A stretch of DNA of 64,000 nucleotides from Heteronotia binoei (taxonomy: Eukaryota), in NCBI RefSeq assembly GCF_032191835.1, contig NC_083234.1, forward strand, positions 55,924,001-55,988,000, given 5' to 3'. The notes under the pieces were generated by a model. That model saw nothing but the letters and a program-made list of their open reading frames with translations. It had not been told where the DNA came from and searched no databases. The translations under genes were made by a program, and so were the position numbers. This document shows positions 38,901-49,200 of the stretch, piece by piece (the stretch's first letter is position 1; every line of letters begins with the position of its first letter).

Positions 38901-41184
38901 AGTCAAACAGAAATGTTCACTCACTTGCGGAAGCCAATGATAGAGGGAAATCAACAAAACCTTCTGGCAAGGGAATTCCACCGTTTCAGTGCCATGACTG
39001 AGAAGGCGCTTTCTGGGGTGCCACCTGTCTAAGCTCAGACGGCAGAGGCACCTGCAGCAGGGCCTCCAAGATGACTGTAGCTGATAGGTTCATATGGGAG
39101 CAAGTGGTTCTTAAAGGATAGCAGATGCAATGAAAATTCTTTCTTTGCCTTTGGAGATCTGCTGCCAGGCAAACTGAACAGCATTAGGCTAGAAGTTACA
39201 ACAGGCTGATGGGAAACAAAGCTGTTCCACATTTCTCCTCAGGAGATAATTCCTTTGTAAAGCCTCTGAGTGTCCATGCAGCATTTTTAAGTGTTCCAAG
39301 CATATTACGTTCATCGGCCACTATCATTATTCCTACAGCACACTGTAATCACAGCAGAAGCAAAATTCAAGCCCGGGGCCTCCTGCTTTGTACTTCAGTC
39401 TTTTGTATTCTGTGCTACACTAGCTTCCCAATCAAAATCTCTCCAGCCACAGTTCTTTCTTATTTACCTTGAACTATTAATTGCTCTACTGAACCCTCCT
39501 CTGTCCCTGCACAGAGGATTTAAGGTGACACTCATTCAGTGGCATTTCTGTACTCACCCTCCTTAACATCCTTATTGGTCTATGGACAATATTTTCACTA
39601 TCTTCTGATTCATCTGAAAGGGTACTCATTTGGTCTCCTTTTGCTGATAGTTCTTGGGAAGCAAAACTGCGTCCCTGCATTCTAGAGGTCTCTGCCCCAT
39701 TTGTTTTTGCTGGAAATCAAAGACAGAAGATTCACACTTGGTTAAAATCCAATAGGAGAAATGATCAAGTCCCTTCCATGGTTGAACATTGAGCCACTTG
39801 TACAAGACATGAGATACAGGGCTCCCCACAGATCAGTGTTCTCACCCAACACTTAATTAGATCATCTGGAATGCTGGAGTTGGGTGCCCTCAGTATAGTG
39901 AGAACACACAACCATATAGGTCTGTTCCTGAGTCTTCAAGAAGCTGCTGCCTCAGCTGTGAACCAGCGCTCAGTATTAAGTTGGATCCATTGCCCCATAC
40001 TTCCCTCTAAGTTACTGATCCCTCTTAAAAGAAAACTTTTACAATGTTCTGATGATGTTTAACAATGACACAAATAATTAGGATCAAACTACCTGCTGGA
40101 AAAGTGCCTAGAGAATTGTGGATAGTGCCCATCTGGTTACTCTGTTCCACTATTAAAAATATTGGGAACCTGCAAGTCATCTTCTTAAATATATTATGGG
40201 GAAGGAGCTTCCTTGGGGCGTCATATCTGTATCTTTGTAACTGATTTAAAGTGGAGGAACATGACATGGATTTATAGCCCTATTGGCTAGGATCCAAAGA
40301 AGCACTCAACTACTTCATGACATCCATGAGAGGTAGGCAGTGGTGGTATTTGGGGCTTTTCTTTGTACTACAGCATGCTCAAACATGTACCAACCCAAAG
40401 AACTTTTTAAAAACCCAACTGTGATAGGGCATGGAGAGGGACACTGCTGTTCAAAACAAAGGTAATCAAGAACCCCACTGGGCATATCCAAGCTCTTGGA
40501 TGCACCTAAAGTGGCTTGCTGGATCACAGTCATTATGAGTTTGCAAGAATAAGCAGTACAGCCACCTGGGAAAGGGCTACAATTACCTGAGCATAATCTG
40601 GCAAAAATCACTGAAACTATGCACTTATATTAGTGAAAGAAAAATCAGCAACTTAAAGGCAACTAACAACCCTAACAGGACAGTTTGTTCACAACTGGAG
40701 CACCACATTTCATTATCATTTGTGAACTTCTATTTCAACATATTTCTTCCTGGTTCTTGAGATCAGTTGAATAGGCCTTGCTTTTGTGTGTTTATATGAG
40801 AACCTTCTTTGATATGGCACCCACTTTGTGGAAACAAGATAGTGGGATTTCTCAGGATGTTATTTCTGCACCCCAAACAATTTTCTGAAGACTTTAGTAC
40901 TTACAATAGAATCAAGAATTACATGCCATTCTGCCCATTTCTATGGTCAATGCACCAAATCTAAACAGTGAAGAGCCAAAGGCTCCCCCACAAACCCAAA
41001 ATCTAGAGTGTGTGGAGGAAAACAATCCATGGTCATTTGCTAGAAAAATCATAAGCCTTTCAAGATCTCAACAACTACTGAGAAAGTTACCACAATCCAA
41101 ACAAACTCTAGAGTGGAACTCACATGAAGATGAGGCAATTACACTCATGGAGAATACCAAGCCACCCAGACATGCCAACAGCAT
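23895..41184 (-). CDS. Putative single-pass type I membrane protein with TMEM210-like TM module and long tyrosine-motif cytoplasmic tail (15-17 exons, ~344-363 aa)
   Basis: Exon chain 41124-41184, [40587-40610], 39558-39709, 38601-38655, 38192-38339, 36578-36592, 35709-35780, 33447-33506, 32071-32121, [31408-31440], 30421-30474, 27542-27595, 26809-26862, 26042-26095, 25535-25588, 24391-24480, 23895-23955. Every exon has AG/GT boundaries, phases match in series and the joined frame is open to a TGA at 23895-23897. Brackets mark optional symmetric exons. Confidence 0.8.
24391..24480 (-). CDS. Novel TM gene, double tyrosine-motif exon (PSPEHVYASIDRSQPEHSYANIGGPQSES)
   Basis: Very strong acceptor CTTTCTCCTTCCCCCTGTCCTTGTGTTCCAG, donor TAT|GTAAGC, 90 nt, phase 2 to 2; internal PEH-x-YA-x-I repeat. 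Confidence 0.85.
25535..25588 (-). CDS. Novel TM gene, repeat exon D (STPEKAYADVQRSPRFS)
   Basis: Acceptor GGTTTCTTGTCATTCCAG, donor TAT|GTGAGT, 54 nt, phase 2 to 2. Confidence 0.8.
26042..26095 (-). CDS. Novel TM gene, repeat exon C (STPEKSYVSMQGAPAFS)
   Basis: Acceptor GGTTTCTTGTCATTCCAG, donor TAC|GTGAGT, 54 nt, phase 2 to 2. Confidence 0.8.
26809..26862 (-). CDS. Novel TM gene, repeat exon B (SSPPKPYVSMQPAPPFS)
   Basis: Acceptor GGTTTCTTGTCGTTCCAG, donor TAC|GTGAGT, 54 nt, phase 2 to 2. Confidence 0.8.
27542..27595 (-). CDS. Novel TM gene, repeat exon A (SSAEKSYISVLPSSPFS)
   Basis: Acceptor GGTTTCTTGTCATTCCAG, donor TAC|GTGAGT, 54 nt, phase 2 to 2. Confidence 0.8.
28280..29035. mobile_element. 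hAT-type element ends (complementary termini) with AT-rich interior
   Basis: CAGAGGTATCGAACTCATTTGT ... ACAAATGAGTTCGACACCCCTG; no TSD found, may be two partial copies. Confidence 0.55.
29735..29890 (-). mobile_element. 5S rRNA-derived SINE fragment
   Basis: CCACCCAAATACTAGCCAGGACTGACCCTGTTTAGCTTCTGAGATCTGATG. Confidence 0.65.
29915..30215 (+). mobile_element. Two tandem Squam3-like SINE fragments
   Basis: Decayed copy ~29915-30095 followed by a younger head GCTCAGTGGTAGAGCATCTGCTTGG...GGTTCAATCCCC. Confidence 0.7.
30421..30474 (-). CDS. Novel TM gene, tyrosine-motif exon (RRSETKYPSSDGAGEAA)
   Basis: Acceptor GCTTTCTGTGATTTCAG (paralogous to the 33506 acceptor), donor CAA|GTAAGT, 54 nt, phase 2 to 2. 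Confidence 0.8.
31408..31440 (-). CDS. Novel TM gene, optional exon (WDSLDAESYS)
   Basis: 33 nt, phase 2 to 2, open, but moderate acceptor (TTTCTCTTTTAAATGAAAG) and donor (GTAACA). Confidence 0.4.
31565..31790 (+). mobile_element. CR1-type 3' UTR fragment
   Basis: ATGGAAGACTAGTCTATCAATGG...GGACTAGATGG...GTCTGATTCAGCAGGGCTCTTA; related pieces at ~36015-36260 and ~50790-51090 (minus). Confidence 0.6.
32071..32121 (-). CDS. Novel TM gene, tyrosine-motif exon (AAESSYVDPKDLHPGP)
   Basis: Acceptor CTCCCTTCTGTCATTCTAG, donor TAG|GTGAGC, 51 nt, phase 2 to 2. Confidence 0.8.
32837..33120 (+). mobile_element. Same SINE family, full length
   Basis: Near-identical to 6536-6830. Confidence 0.8.
33447..33506 (-). 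CDS. Novel TM gene, tyrosine-motif exon (RRPEPVYLAPRSSKYKSMK)
   Basis: Acceptor GCTTTTTGTGATTTCAG, donor GGA|GTGAGT, 60 nt, phase 2 to 2. Confidence 0.8.
33896..34001. mobile_element. Short MITE (CAGGGCTTTT...AAAAGCCCTG)
   Basis: Terminal inverted repeats; related sequence nested at ~7892-8000. Confidence 0.6.
34050..34315 (-). mobile_element. CpG-rich DIRS-like terminal repeat fragment
   Basis: Isolated CpG-dense block with TCTTCGTGGTCTTTGTGCATCACAC and TGCGCATGC motifs reminiscent of reptile DIRS1 termini; assignment from memory, no TSD seen. Confidence 0.5.
35101..35740. repeat. Two diverged ~160-bp copies (35101-35262, 35582-35740) containing the 3' half of the RALPPIP exon and its donor-side intron
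   Basis: Shared GGTGCAAAATTCAGA...CTGAATTACAGAAATAAATTG...TATACAAACTGCTACTGGTTTG...TTACGGGAT. Confidence 0.85.
35709..35780 (-). CDS. Novel TM gene, basic/proline-rich exon (KKDKKEKKDRKDSLPPTRALPPIP)
   Basis: Acceptor CTCTTTGTCTTGTGTCCAAG, donor CCC|GTAAGT, 72 nt, phase 2 to 2; RxLPPxP class I SH3 ligand. Confidence 0.8.
36578..36592 (-). CDS. Novel TM gene, 15-nt microexon (C-EGSL-L)
   Basis: Acceptor GTTCCTGTTCTTCAG, donor GTT|GTAAGT, phase 2 to 2. Confidence 0.65.
37429..37480 (-). CDS. Novel TM gene, possible alternative terminal exon (WIHQKYPGIYQPKLLTL-stop)
   Basis: Strong acceptor CCCTGCCTTCCTCAG, phase-2 start matching the TM exon donor, TGA followed immediately by ATTAAA. Confidence 0.45.
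38192..38339 (-). CDS. Novel TM gene, transmembrane exon (TQTTCICPEVLSKSTLVAIIGSLAFLGFFSTLVLLLVAVVILRLMNKQ), TMEM210-like
   Basis: Acceptor CTTTCATAG, donor ATG|GTGAGT; long hydrophobic helix preceded by CxC; resembles recalled human TMEM210 ([23 protein letters not shown]...); position next to the ANAPC2 3' end matches human TMEM210. Confidence 0.85.
38601..38655 (-). CDS. Novel TM gene, ectodomain exon (YPEDSGEVSVGNRQALLP)
   Basis: Acceptor TTTTATCACCCATAG, donor CAA|GTAAGA, 55 nt, phase 0 to 1, bridging the phases of its neighbours exactly. Confidence 0.7.
39558..39709 (-). CDS. Novel TM gene, ectodomain exon (KTNGAETSRMQGR...IVHRPIRMLRR)
   Basis: Acceptor TTTGATTTCCAG, donor AGG|GTGAGT, 152 nt, phase 1 to 0, open frame. 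Confidence 0.7.
40587..40610 (-). CDS. Novel TM gene, optional 24-nt microexon (LIFARLCSA)
   Basis: Branch-like CACTAAT, acceptor GTTTCAG, donor CAG|GTAATT; phase 1 to 1; would extend the signal peptide. Confidence 0.4.
41124..41184 (-). CDS. Novel TM gene, candidate exon 1 (signal peptide MLLACLGGLVFSMSVIASSS)
   Basis: ATG at 41184, 20 hydrophobic/small residues, phase-1 donor T|GTGAGT compatible with the next exon. The 5' end is the least certain part of the model. Confidence 0.65.
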
Positions 41185-41569
41185 AACTGTGTTATTAGAC
41201 CAATTCCCCCACACACCATAGAATTATGGTTAGAAGCAAGCTTGCAGGGCAGAGCTAGACAGGATCCCTCTGTGTGGATTCTGGGGCTAACTATGACAGC
41301 ACAATACCCTGGAACGTTTGCCAGCCAATGAGCTGAATTTGCCCACAATGCCTCTAGTATTCTCTCCCCAGGTTCTCATCATTAAATATGCATGTGTTCT
41401 TAAAAGCCTGTTGATGGGTAGTATTGCAGCTACAGGAGAATCCGATTTTTGCAGGCCAGTTCAAATGGATAGAGGATTGTAGGGATACCCGGCAACATAG
41501 GCAGTAGCAGGAATCTGACCCTGAATGCATCTTTGTTGGGAATACAACACTTCCTGCTATCATCCCTAG

Positions 41570-41874
41570 TAGGGGTGGGCAAACTGTGGCTCAGGAGCCA
41601 CATGTGGCTCTTTCACACATATTGTGAGGCTCTTGAAGCCCCACCACACTGTCAGCTGGCTCGGAATAGGCATTTGTCTCTTTAAATTACTTCCACCAGC
41701 CAGCAGATTGGAGAATGCATTTAAAGTTGCTTTCTTTTCACCTCTCTCTTCTGCCTCCCTCCCAATCTATTTTCCTTCCTTCCTTTGGGCTCTCAAACAT
41801 CTGATGCTTATGTCTTGGGGCTCTCAAACATCTGACATTTATTTTATGTGGATCTTACAAGTTTGGCCACCCCG
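41570..41874. mobile_element. hAT MITE, same family as 22432-22852
   Basis: TAGGGGTGGGCAAAC ... GTTTGGCCACCCCG; shared GGAGCCACATGTGGCTCTTTCACACATATTGTG; imperfect TSD. Confidence 0.8.
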
Positions 41875-42926
41875 GACCCTAGTGAGATACTGGGGTGAAA
41901 GGGACTTCAAGACACACTCCTTCCTCTTATCTGAATCCCTTTAAACAAAACTGTTTGTCCAGCAGTATCTTCAAAACACCCCCATCTTCTAATCAGCTGG
42001 TCACTCAACTTTAGAGCACCACAGAACTATACAAGCCCTAGCCAGCCTCACTTCAGCAGACTAGAGGCTGGCTACCAGATTTCCCTAGCTGAACTGAAGC
42101 AGAAGTAAGGCATTGCCTAAGTAGTTTTTGTCCTGAGCTTTGCAAAACCTGAAGTCTCCAAGGATTAAAGTTGGGCGTTTATACATGCAAAGCATGTACC
42201 TTACCTTTGAAATCTGATTCTGCTGAGCGTCTTAGCAGAGATAGGTGGAGCTGGGATACTTCCCATCATGCTTGTCACAAGTATGAACGCTAGAAACCTT
42301 TTATTTTAAAATTAGCAAATATTCAAGATTAAGATTTTGTATCAATGGCTGCAGCCTAAGCAACTCCAAAGCACAATCAAGGCTGTGAATAGGGCGTAAC
42401 TCTTAAACAGTACTCCATTTTATTAAGAACAGAACCTGTGGACAAGACAAGTCTGTCTACACACCGGAAAACTCAGTCTTGCCACAGCAGGGTACCCAAC
42501 TTGGCTAAGTTCTCCACCATATAATATTTTACCCAGGACTGGTAGAGGTGAAGGGAATAACACAGTCCTCAGGGCCTTAGCAGGCCTACTTCATCTCTCC
42601 AATGGAACTGACAGATTTGTCACACAGATCCCCCTCCCATATGACCACTGATTGCATACCTTTCTTTATTGCCTGCAATATGAGTGAAGGACCAATCCTA
42701 GCCACCATGTTCCCTGTGATATCACACATAAGGATCATAAAGAAAATACAGCAGTAGCAGCAGAAATAATGGTAGCAGAGAGGGCGGGAGGGCGGGATAC
42801 AAATAAAAAGTATTATTATTATTATATATCTTGGGAAAGGTGGTCTGGAGTGAGGAGGCCAGGTCAGCCATCTGCACAGTTCAACTGAGTAAGACACTGC
42901 AACACAGTCCATGTAACTGCAGCCAT

Positions 42927-42932
42927 TTTATT
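42927..42932 (-). terminator. Likely ANAPC2 poly(A) signal AATAAA
   Basis: Plus-strand TTTATT ~280 nt past the stop codon. Confidence 0.55.
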
Positions 42933-43208
42933 ATGAACAAGAGAGATGCACCAAAAGAATGCTTTGTCCATATCCCAAACCCTAGCTTGTTGGGAGGGTT
43001 TTCAAGGGACCCTGCACCGTCCTTGTATCTGTGCACAGCACACTTCCTTCCCAGCCTCAGAGAACAGGGCAGCACAGAGACTAATACCAGAAAATGAGAG
43101 CCTCTGACGACACCAAACACAGATGAGTACCACAGTGTACCCTCTAAGGGCAGGAGGCCATTGCAGCCAACCATAACTAAAAGGAGGAGCTGGGGTCTGG
43201 AACGAAGC

Positions 43209-46200
43209 TCAGCTGCAGCTCTTGGGCAGCCGGTAGACACCACCAGAGTAGATGAGCTGCTGATCTCGGACCTTCTTCTGGAGGAAACACTGCAGCTCCT
43301 GGATGTCAATCTCTGTCACCATGGGGCCTGTCATCACAAAGATCTTGAGCATGCTGTGGATGCGCTCCAGTGACAGACTCTCTAGATTCGTCAGCATTGC
43401 CTGGATGTAAGTCCAGAAAAGCTGCAGGGTACACCAAAGGAGAAATTAAAAAAAATAGATGCTGTAGATTATGGTGCATACACAAGAGGGCTGTGCAGTG
43501 CACCAATTATACCCTCTCACTTGGAATCCTAGCACCATTTATGAAACATACAATTTCCCTAAAAACATGCATACTGTGTATGCTCTGATATGCTATTATT
43601 ATTATAATATGCTATTATTAGACCAGCACTGAAAACAAGTTCTCAATCTCAACCATGGTTCAAATTAAACCTTGTTTAGAAAAAGAGACATCACATTCTG
43701 TCCCAAAAGCTCACTCTGGAAAGGCACCAGCATCTATAACTTCATTCAGCCAGAAAATCCTGAATGCTTATGTTTGGAATATGCTACCTGGGGAGGGACA
43801 GTGGCTCAGTGGTAGAGCATCTGCTTGGGAAGCAGACGGTCCCAGGTTCAATCCCTGGCATCTCCAAAAAAGGGTCCAGGCAAATAGGTGTGAAAAACCT
43901 CAGCTTGAGACCCTGGAGAGCCGCTGCCAGTCTGAGAAGACAATACTGACTTTGATGGACCAAGGGTCTGATTCAGTATAAGGCAGCTTCATATGTTCAT
44001 ATGTACCTTGAATAAATTATATATAAAGCAAGACATGAATGTCTGAGGCTTTGCAGAATGTATCCAAACTGAAGAATCTACCTTTACTTGGCATGCAACC
44101 AGATGGCATACTTGGCATGTAACTGGAAGGCGCAGGCTGCACGCCAGCTGAGCTTTAGAACCTGCCTGCAGTTGATTCAAGAAAGAAATCATCCCCTGCC
44201 CCACGTAACTACAGCTCTGAGAGCACAAGAGCAGTACCTGCAACTCCTCCTCCTTCTGGTCAGCTTGCGAGGCCATGGCTGAATCGCCTTCTTCATCGCT
44301 GTCAATCAGCACCACTTTCTCTGCCCGGTCCTTCTGTTCCTCTTCAATCACAGTGAATGTGCCTGGAGGCTCCTCCCGCAGCACACCTTGCTGCAGCCAC
44401 AGGGTCATCTTGCGCCGGAGGGATGTCACAGGAACCTTCAGCACCTCACTCAGCTCATCCAGAGTCCACGTGCCTGAGAAGAGTTCAAAGGCGAAAAGTG
44501 TTACAAGGAAAACAGTCAGGAGCAAGGAATATGTTTTGGGGGGAGGGGGAGATCAGAACAGGGCACAGCTCATCAGTGGTGAGGCACAGGTATGCCGGAA
44601 GGGTTGGGAAAAATCCTCTAGCTGAGATCATAGAGAGCAGTTGCTAGTAAGGATGGCTATAGAATAAAGGACCAGGCAGATCAAATGATCTGTGGAAAGC
44701 AATGACTTACAAACAAATCACAATATGTTTCACACTTTTATAGAACACCCTCTAAGTCTGGATCATCTACTCTCAATACACCCCACTCCCGTCCAAAGCC
44801 TTTTCCTAAATCAACAGAGCAGGGGTCCCCAAGATGCCCACCTACATGTTTCCTAGTGCTCATCAAGTGTTTCCAGAAGTGGGTGGGGCTAGGTGGGCCT
44901 TCTACCCAGCAGAGCTTCTGATTAGCTAATGGACATTTGATTGGATGTACAAAACATTTTTAAGATGTTGGTTTGACAGCAGCTGCCACCACAGCGCAAG
45001 AATTGTTGCCATGTGACTGAAAGTAAGCTACAGCATTTTGTGGCTGGCTACATTTCTTGTGACAACCCTTTTGTGATTGTGCCCACCACCCTGTGTCAGA
45101 ATTCCAAAACTGTCCACAGACTCAAAAAGACTGGAGACCCCTGCAGTAGAGTCTCTTCCATGTTGTGCCACAGGTAAACCCACTGCTGCGCAGCAACAGC
45201 TGCAACCACTTCCTCCCAGCAGAGGGCAGCAGTGTATAGCCGCTATAGAGAAGTGGACTCACTCTTGCTTTGGAAGTGCAAGATGATTGCTGCATGCACC
45301 GGGGAGACAGAGAGGGAAAGGGTGCGGTCTGCCAACTCCAAATCCAGTTTCACCAAGCCCAGATGGTGCTTCCAGTTCAGCGTCCTCATAGCCTAAGAAC
45401 AACCAGGCAGAAGGGGATACTCAGCAACCTGCCCCTCATGCTGCATCAACAGAAGAAAGGGAGGGAACTGGGAAAGGCAAAAGCAAGCGCAGCACCTGAT
45501 CTCTGCCCCCTTCCCAGAGACATCAGCTGCCTAGTGTAACAAAGTAATTGGTTCCCTAGTCCTTACTGCTATAGTCTTGAGCAAAGCAAAATTTCATGTG
45601 CATGTGCAATTACCATTGGGAAATATGATGCCAAGGAACTGAGAGTTGGTAGCTACTGCAAGTAGCAGAGGAAGATGTAGGCAGTGTAAACGGAAGATGG
45701 CCAGTTGGAAAATTTGTGACTTCAATATGTCCTGCAGACTGCCTATCTATCTGATACAACATCATCCTGGCTTTCCTTCCAAGAACTCAGGGCAGTGTAC
45801 ATGATCCTCCCCCCACCCTGCTCCATATTATCCCCATGACAAGCTTGTGAGGTAAGTTAGACTGAGAATGGGCCCAAGGTCATCCAGCAAGCTTCAAAGG
45901 TGAACAGGGAATAAGAACCTGTATCTCCTCATTCACTCTGAGAGCTACATCAACCTGGCCTCTATCAGTACACCATCTATTTATTGAAGAACAGAGGTCC
46001 ACAGCAAAACAGGGACAGCTAAGTCTCCATCACATCTCAGGACCACAAGGCAAAGACCCCAAATCAACATTTCAAGGGGAGATTTTTGAGCATTAAGCCT
46101 GGCTATTCAATTAAAAACTTCTACCCAACCCCCGATGGATTTAGAGGCTACAGACAGTGAGCCTACTGCCCCCTCCAGACTGCCTCGCTGACCTTTAGTT

Positions 46201-49200
46201 TCTCATATTTCTTGGAGTAGGCCTCCATGGCCTCCTTGATTTGTTCAGGCAGCTCCAGCTTCTCTTCCTTCAGTGGTGGCCAGAACTCACTGGATAAGAT
46301 AACAGCAACAAGACTAAACGGGGGTCTCTCTTCTTCTGGGAGTTTCTGCTCCTCATCACGAATATTAGTGTTAATGCGACGAGAGTCTGCCATGTCCTAA
46401 GCAGAGAGAAAGGGGGGGGAAACAGAACTACTTTACTGCCAGGCTACAGAGAGAACAAAAGAAAAAAATAGTTATGGAGTGCTTCCAACCAGCCAGCTGT
46501 GTTTCATCTTGGAGATATAATCCCACTGCTTTCTGTAAAAGGTACTAGGAGATAAATCAGATGTACCTTTCACTACATGACAAGCACCTGCCCTAGGATG
46601 AGCTACAAGTCTTCAGCTTGCTTATCTTTTCATTTTAATTAGTTTGTTAAAACCTTGACAGTTCAGAATTAAAGCTTTTAGCTTACTTGCCTTAGTCAAA
46701 ACAAAAAAGACTTCCTAGGTATGCAATATCCTTCAATCATCAATAAAATTCTTTTGGACATCTTTTAAAAAGTATGAAATATCCCTTTGTGGGCAACTTT
46801 TGCTCAGTTTCTCAGTCAGACATTAACTTATTTTTTTGATGTCCAAATTATGAATACATCATAACAGACAAAACAATAACCTGATGACCAGACCAGATGA
46901 CAAGAAAGCTTATTAAGGCATTCCAGCTGGGTGGTGAATATTCCAGTTTCCAGGGAGAATGATCTTCTCTGGCCAAAAGACTAATGCTTGCTTTTGAGTC
47001 TGGGTTAAGGTAAAAGCAAAATTTAAACTTGGCTAGTAAGTGGGCGGGGGGCGGATTGGGGGAAAGGTCTGAATGAGTCTTTTACCCCACCCTTCCACCT
47101 TATTATAGCTTTCCTGTTTCTAATTTACCTTCTGAAGAATACTGGGTTAGTGGTTCATATTAATGATGGTTAAATGAACTTACTTTTAACATGACTTCAC
47201 AGTAATGCATCTGAGCTTCCCCAAAACGCAGCTTCAGCAGTTCTACATTCCGGATTTCCCTAAGGCAGAAAAGCAAAGGAAGGAAAGCCCAAGATGTGAG
47301 CACACGATGAATCAGAGGTGACAAAAAGCAAACACAGAAGTAGCAGCCAGGATGGGCTGAAGGTATTTTGCCATTCCAAGCAAGAACCATATGCCATCTG
47401 CTGCAGGTATAACTGGAACTCCAGCAGCACTACAGGTCCAGGCAGGCGGAATGGCTCTGAAAGGCACTGACTGATTTGCGTCACCCTCCTATGCTACTAG
47501 GGGCCAGGAGAAAGGGTTTTGGAGACATTGTCAGTGGCAGCACTGGTGCTCTTGCTTAATTATGGAGCCTCAAGCGATTGCTTGGATGGTAAACAAGCTC
47601 TGAGAGCACCTGAAGGAAGAACAGTCATCATCGCGCACTGGTGCTCTTGCTTAATTATGGAGCCTCAAGCGATTGCTTGGATGGTAAACAAGCTCTGAGA
47701 GCACCTGAAGGAAGAACAGTCATCATCGCTGCAGCAAAGAAAATCTGCCACCTTGTACTAGCAAATTTAAACTAAGGGCTGGAGCCTCACTAGGTAGATT
47801 CTTTAATTGCTACCACATCAAGCAGGACCTGTGGCTAGTGTCAGGAACTGAAATGCCCCTTGTCTTTCTCCTCCAAATGTAGGCTCAGTAGTGCTTTGAG
47901 ACATGGTGAGGAAGACAAAGTGAAAATAATTCTTCACACAATGCACAACACATAGTGATAGCTATCAGCTATCAGGTGATGAACTATGGAGATCTATTAG
48001 CCAGAATGTTGTTCAGAGACTGCACCTTCTGAACACCAGTGGCAGGGAGGGTGGGAACCAGGAGGAAACTGGCTGTTGCCTTAATTCTCTGCTTGTGAGT
48101 TTCCTGAAAATATCTAGCCAGTATGGAAATAGGGCCTTTTGTCTGAACTTGCACAGAGAGTCTTGAGTTGTCATGACTCAATGGTCATTAGCCATGATAC
48201 CTGAGACTTTACATTCAAATACAGTATACCTTTGAGTACAAAATACTACAGAAAAACAGGAGGCTGGCATTGTCCTTCATGATTTGCTCAGGAGCAACTA
48301 AAAATATCAAGCTGGCCACTGTAGGAAACAGAAGGCTCGCCCAGATAGGTCGTCAGTTCGATCCAACTGCAAAGCTTTTGTATTCCTATGGTGAGGTATA
48401 GACTCTGAGGTATTTGCTGGCTGACCCCTGGGCCTCCCACCTTGTGTTTTTGCCACAACTTCTAGGGCCAAGGAAAGGCAAAGACTTACAACTCAGGCAG
48501 CAAGGCCAGCCCTTACCTCTCTGCACTGTAGCTGAACTGGTGTAGCAGCCGGTCAGCCAGGAGTGTGCGATACTCATTGATGAACAGGTCCTTGCTACCA
48601 TAGATGCTCACCAGCAGACTGATGATATCTGAAGAGCGGCGCTTTGAACTCGATTTCCCTGGCAAGACATGGAGACCATGAGCAGCCAAAGAAAGGGATT
48701 AGGGTACAATGCAATGGGGCAACATGATGGAAACCATCAAATTTCTGGGAAAGCCAACTTCTTATTCTGCACCAATGCTGAAGAAAGCTAAAAATTCCAC
48801 AAACTAAGTTATGAAAATCTGTTGTGCTCCAAATACTGCTCCTGCTAATCATGGAGAGCAAGAAAGACGCCTGCAGAACATTAAACCCAAGACCACTAAC
48901 AGTGGTCCTTAGATGCTGCCCATATGGTTTAAAACTTAATCTGGTTCAGAATTCAACATTCTAAAGAAGTATTTTAATAAAGTACGGTAATTTTAATACA
49001 TTTGAAGAAGTTCCTAAAAGACTGCTAGCTCTTATGGGTGTGAAGATTAATCTATCACATAAATATATCTAGCACATTATTATTTTGCACTTCCTTGAAG
49101 GAATTCATGATAGAGTATACGGCTCCCCCTTTCCCATCTTCATAGGGACTTCTTCAGCATAAAAATTAAAACTGAGATTTTCCAATATTTGTTAAACATT

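Noticed and set aside
38925-39000. Donor at ~38925 with upstream ATG as first exon
   Set aside because: In-frame stop, wrong phase, and sequence resembles a decayed LINE fragment.
43790-43870. tRNA-like sequences (also 30097-30175, 6540-6600, 32840-32905)
   Set aside because: They continue into SINE bodies and tails and lack a full cloverleaf; not tRNA genes.
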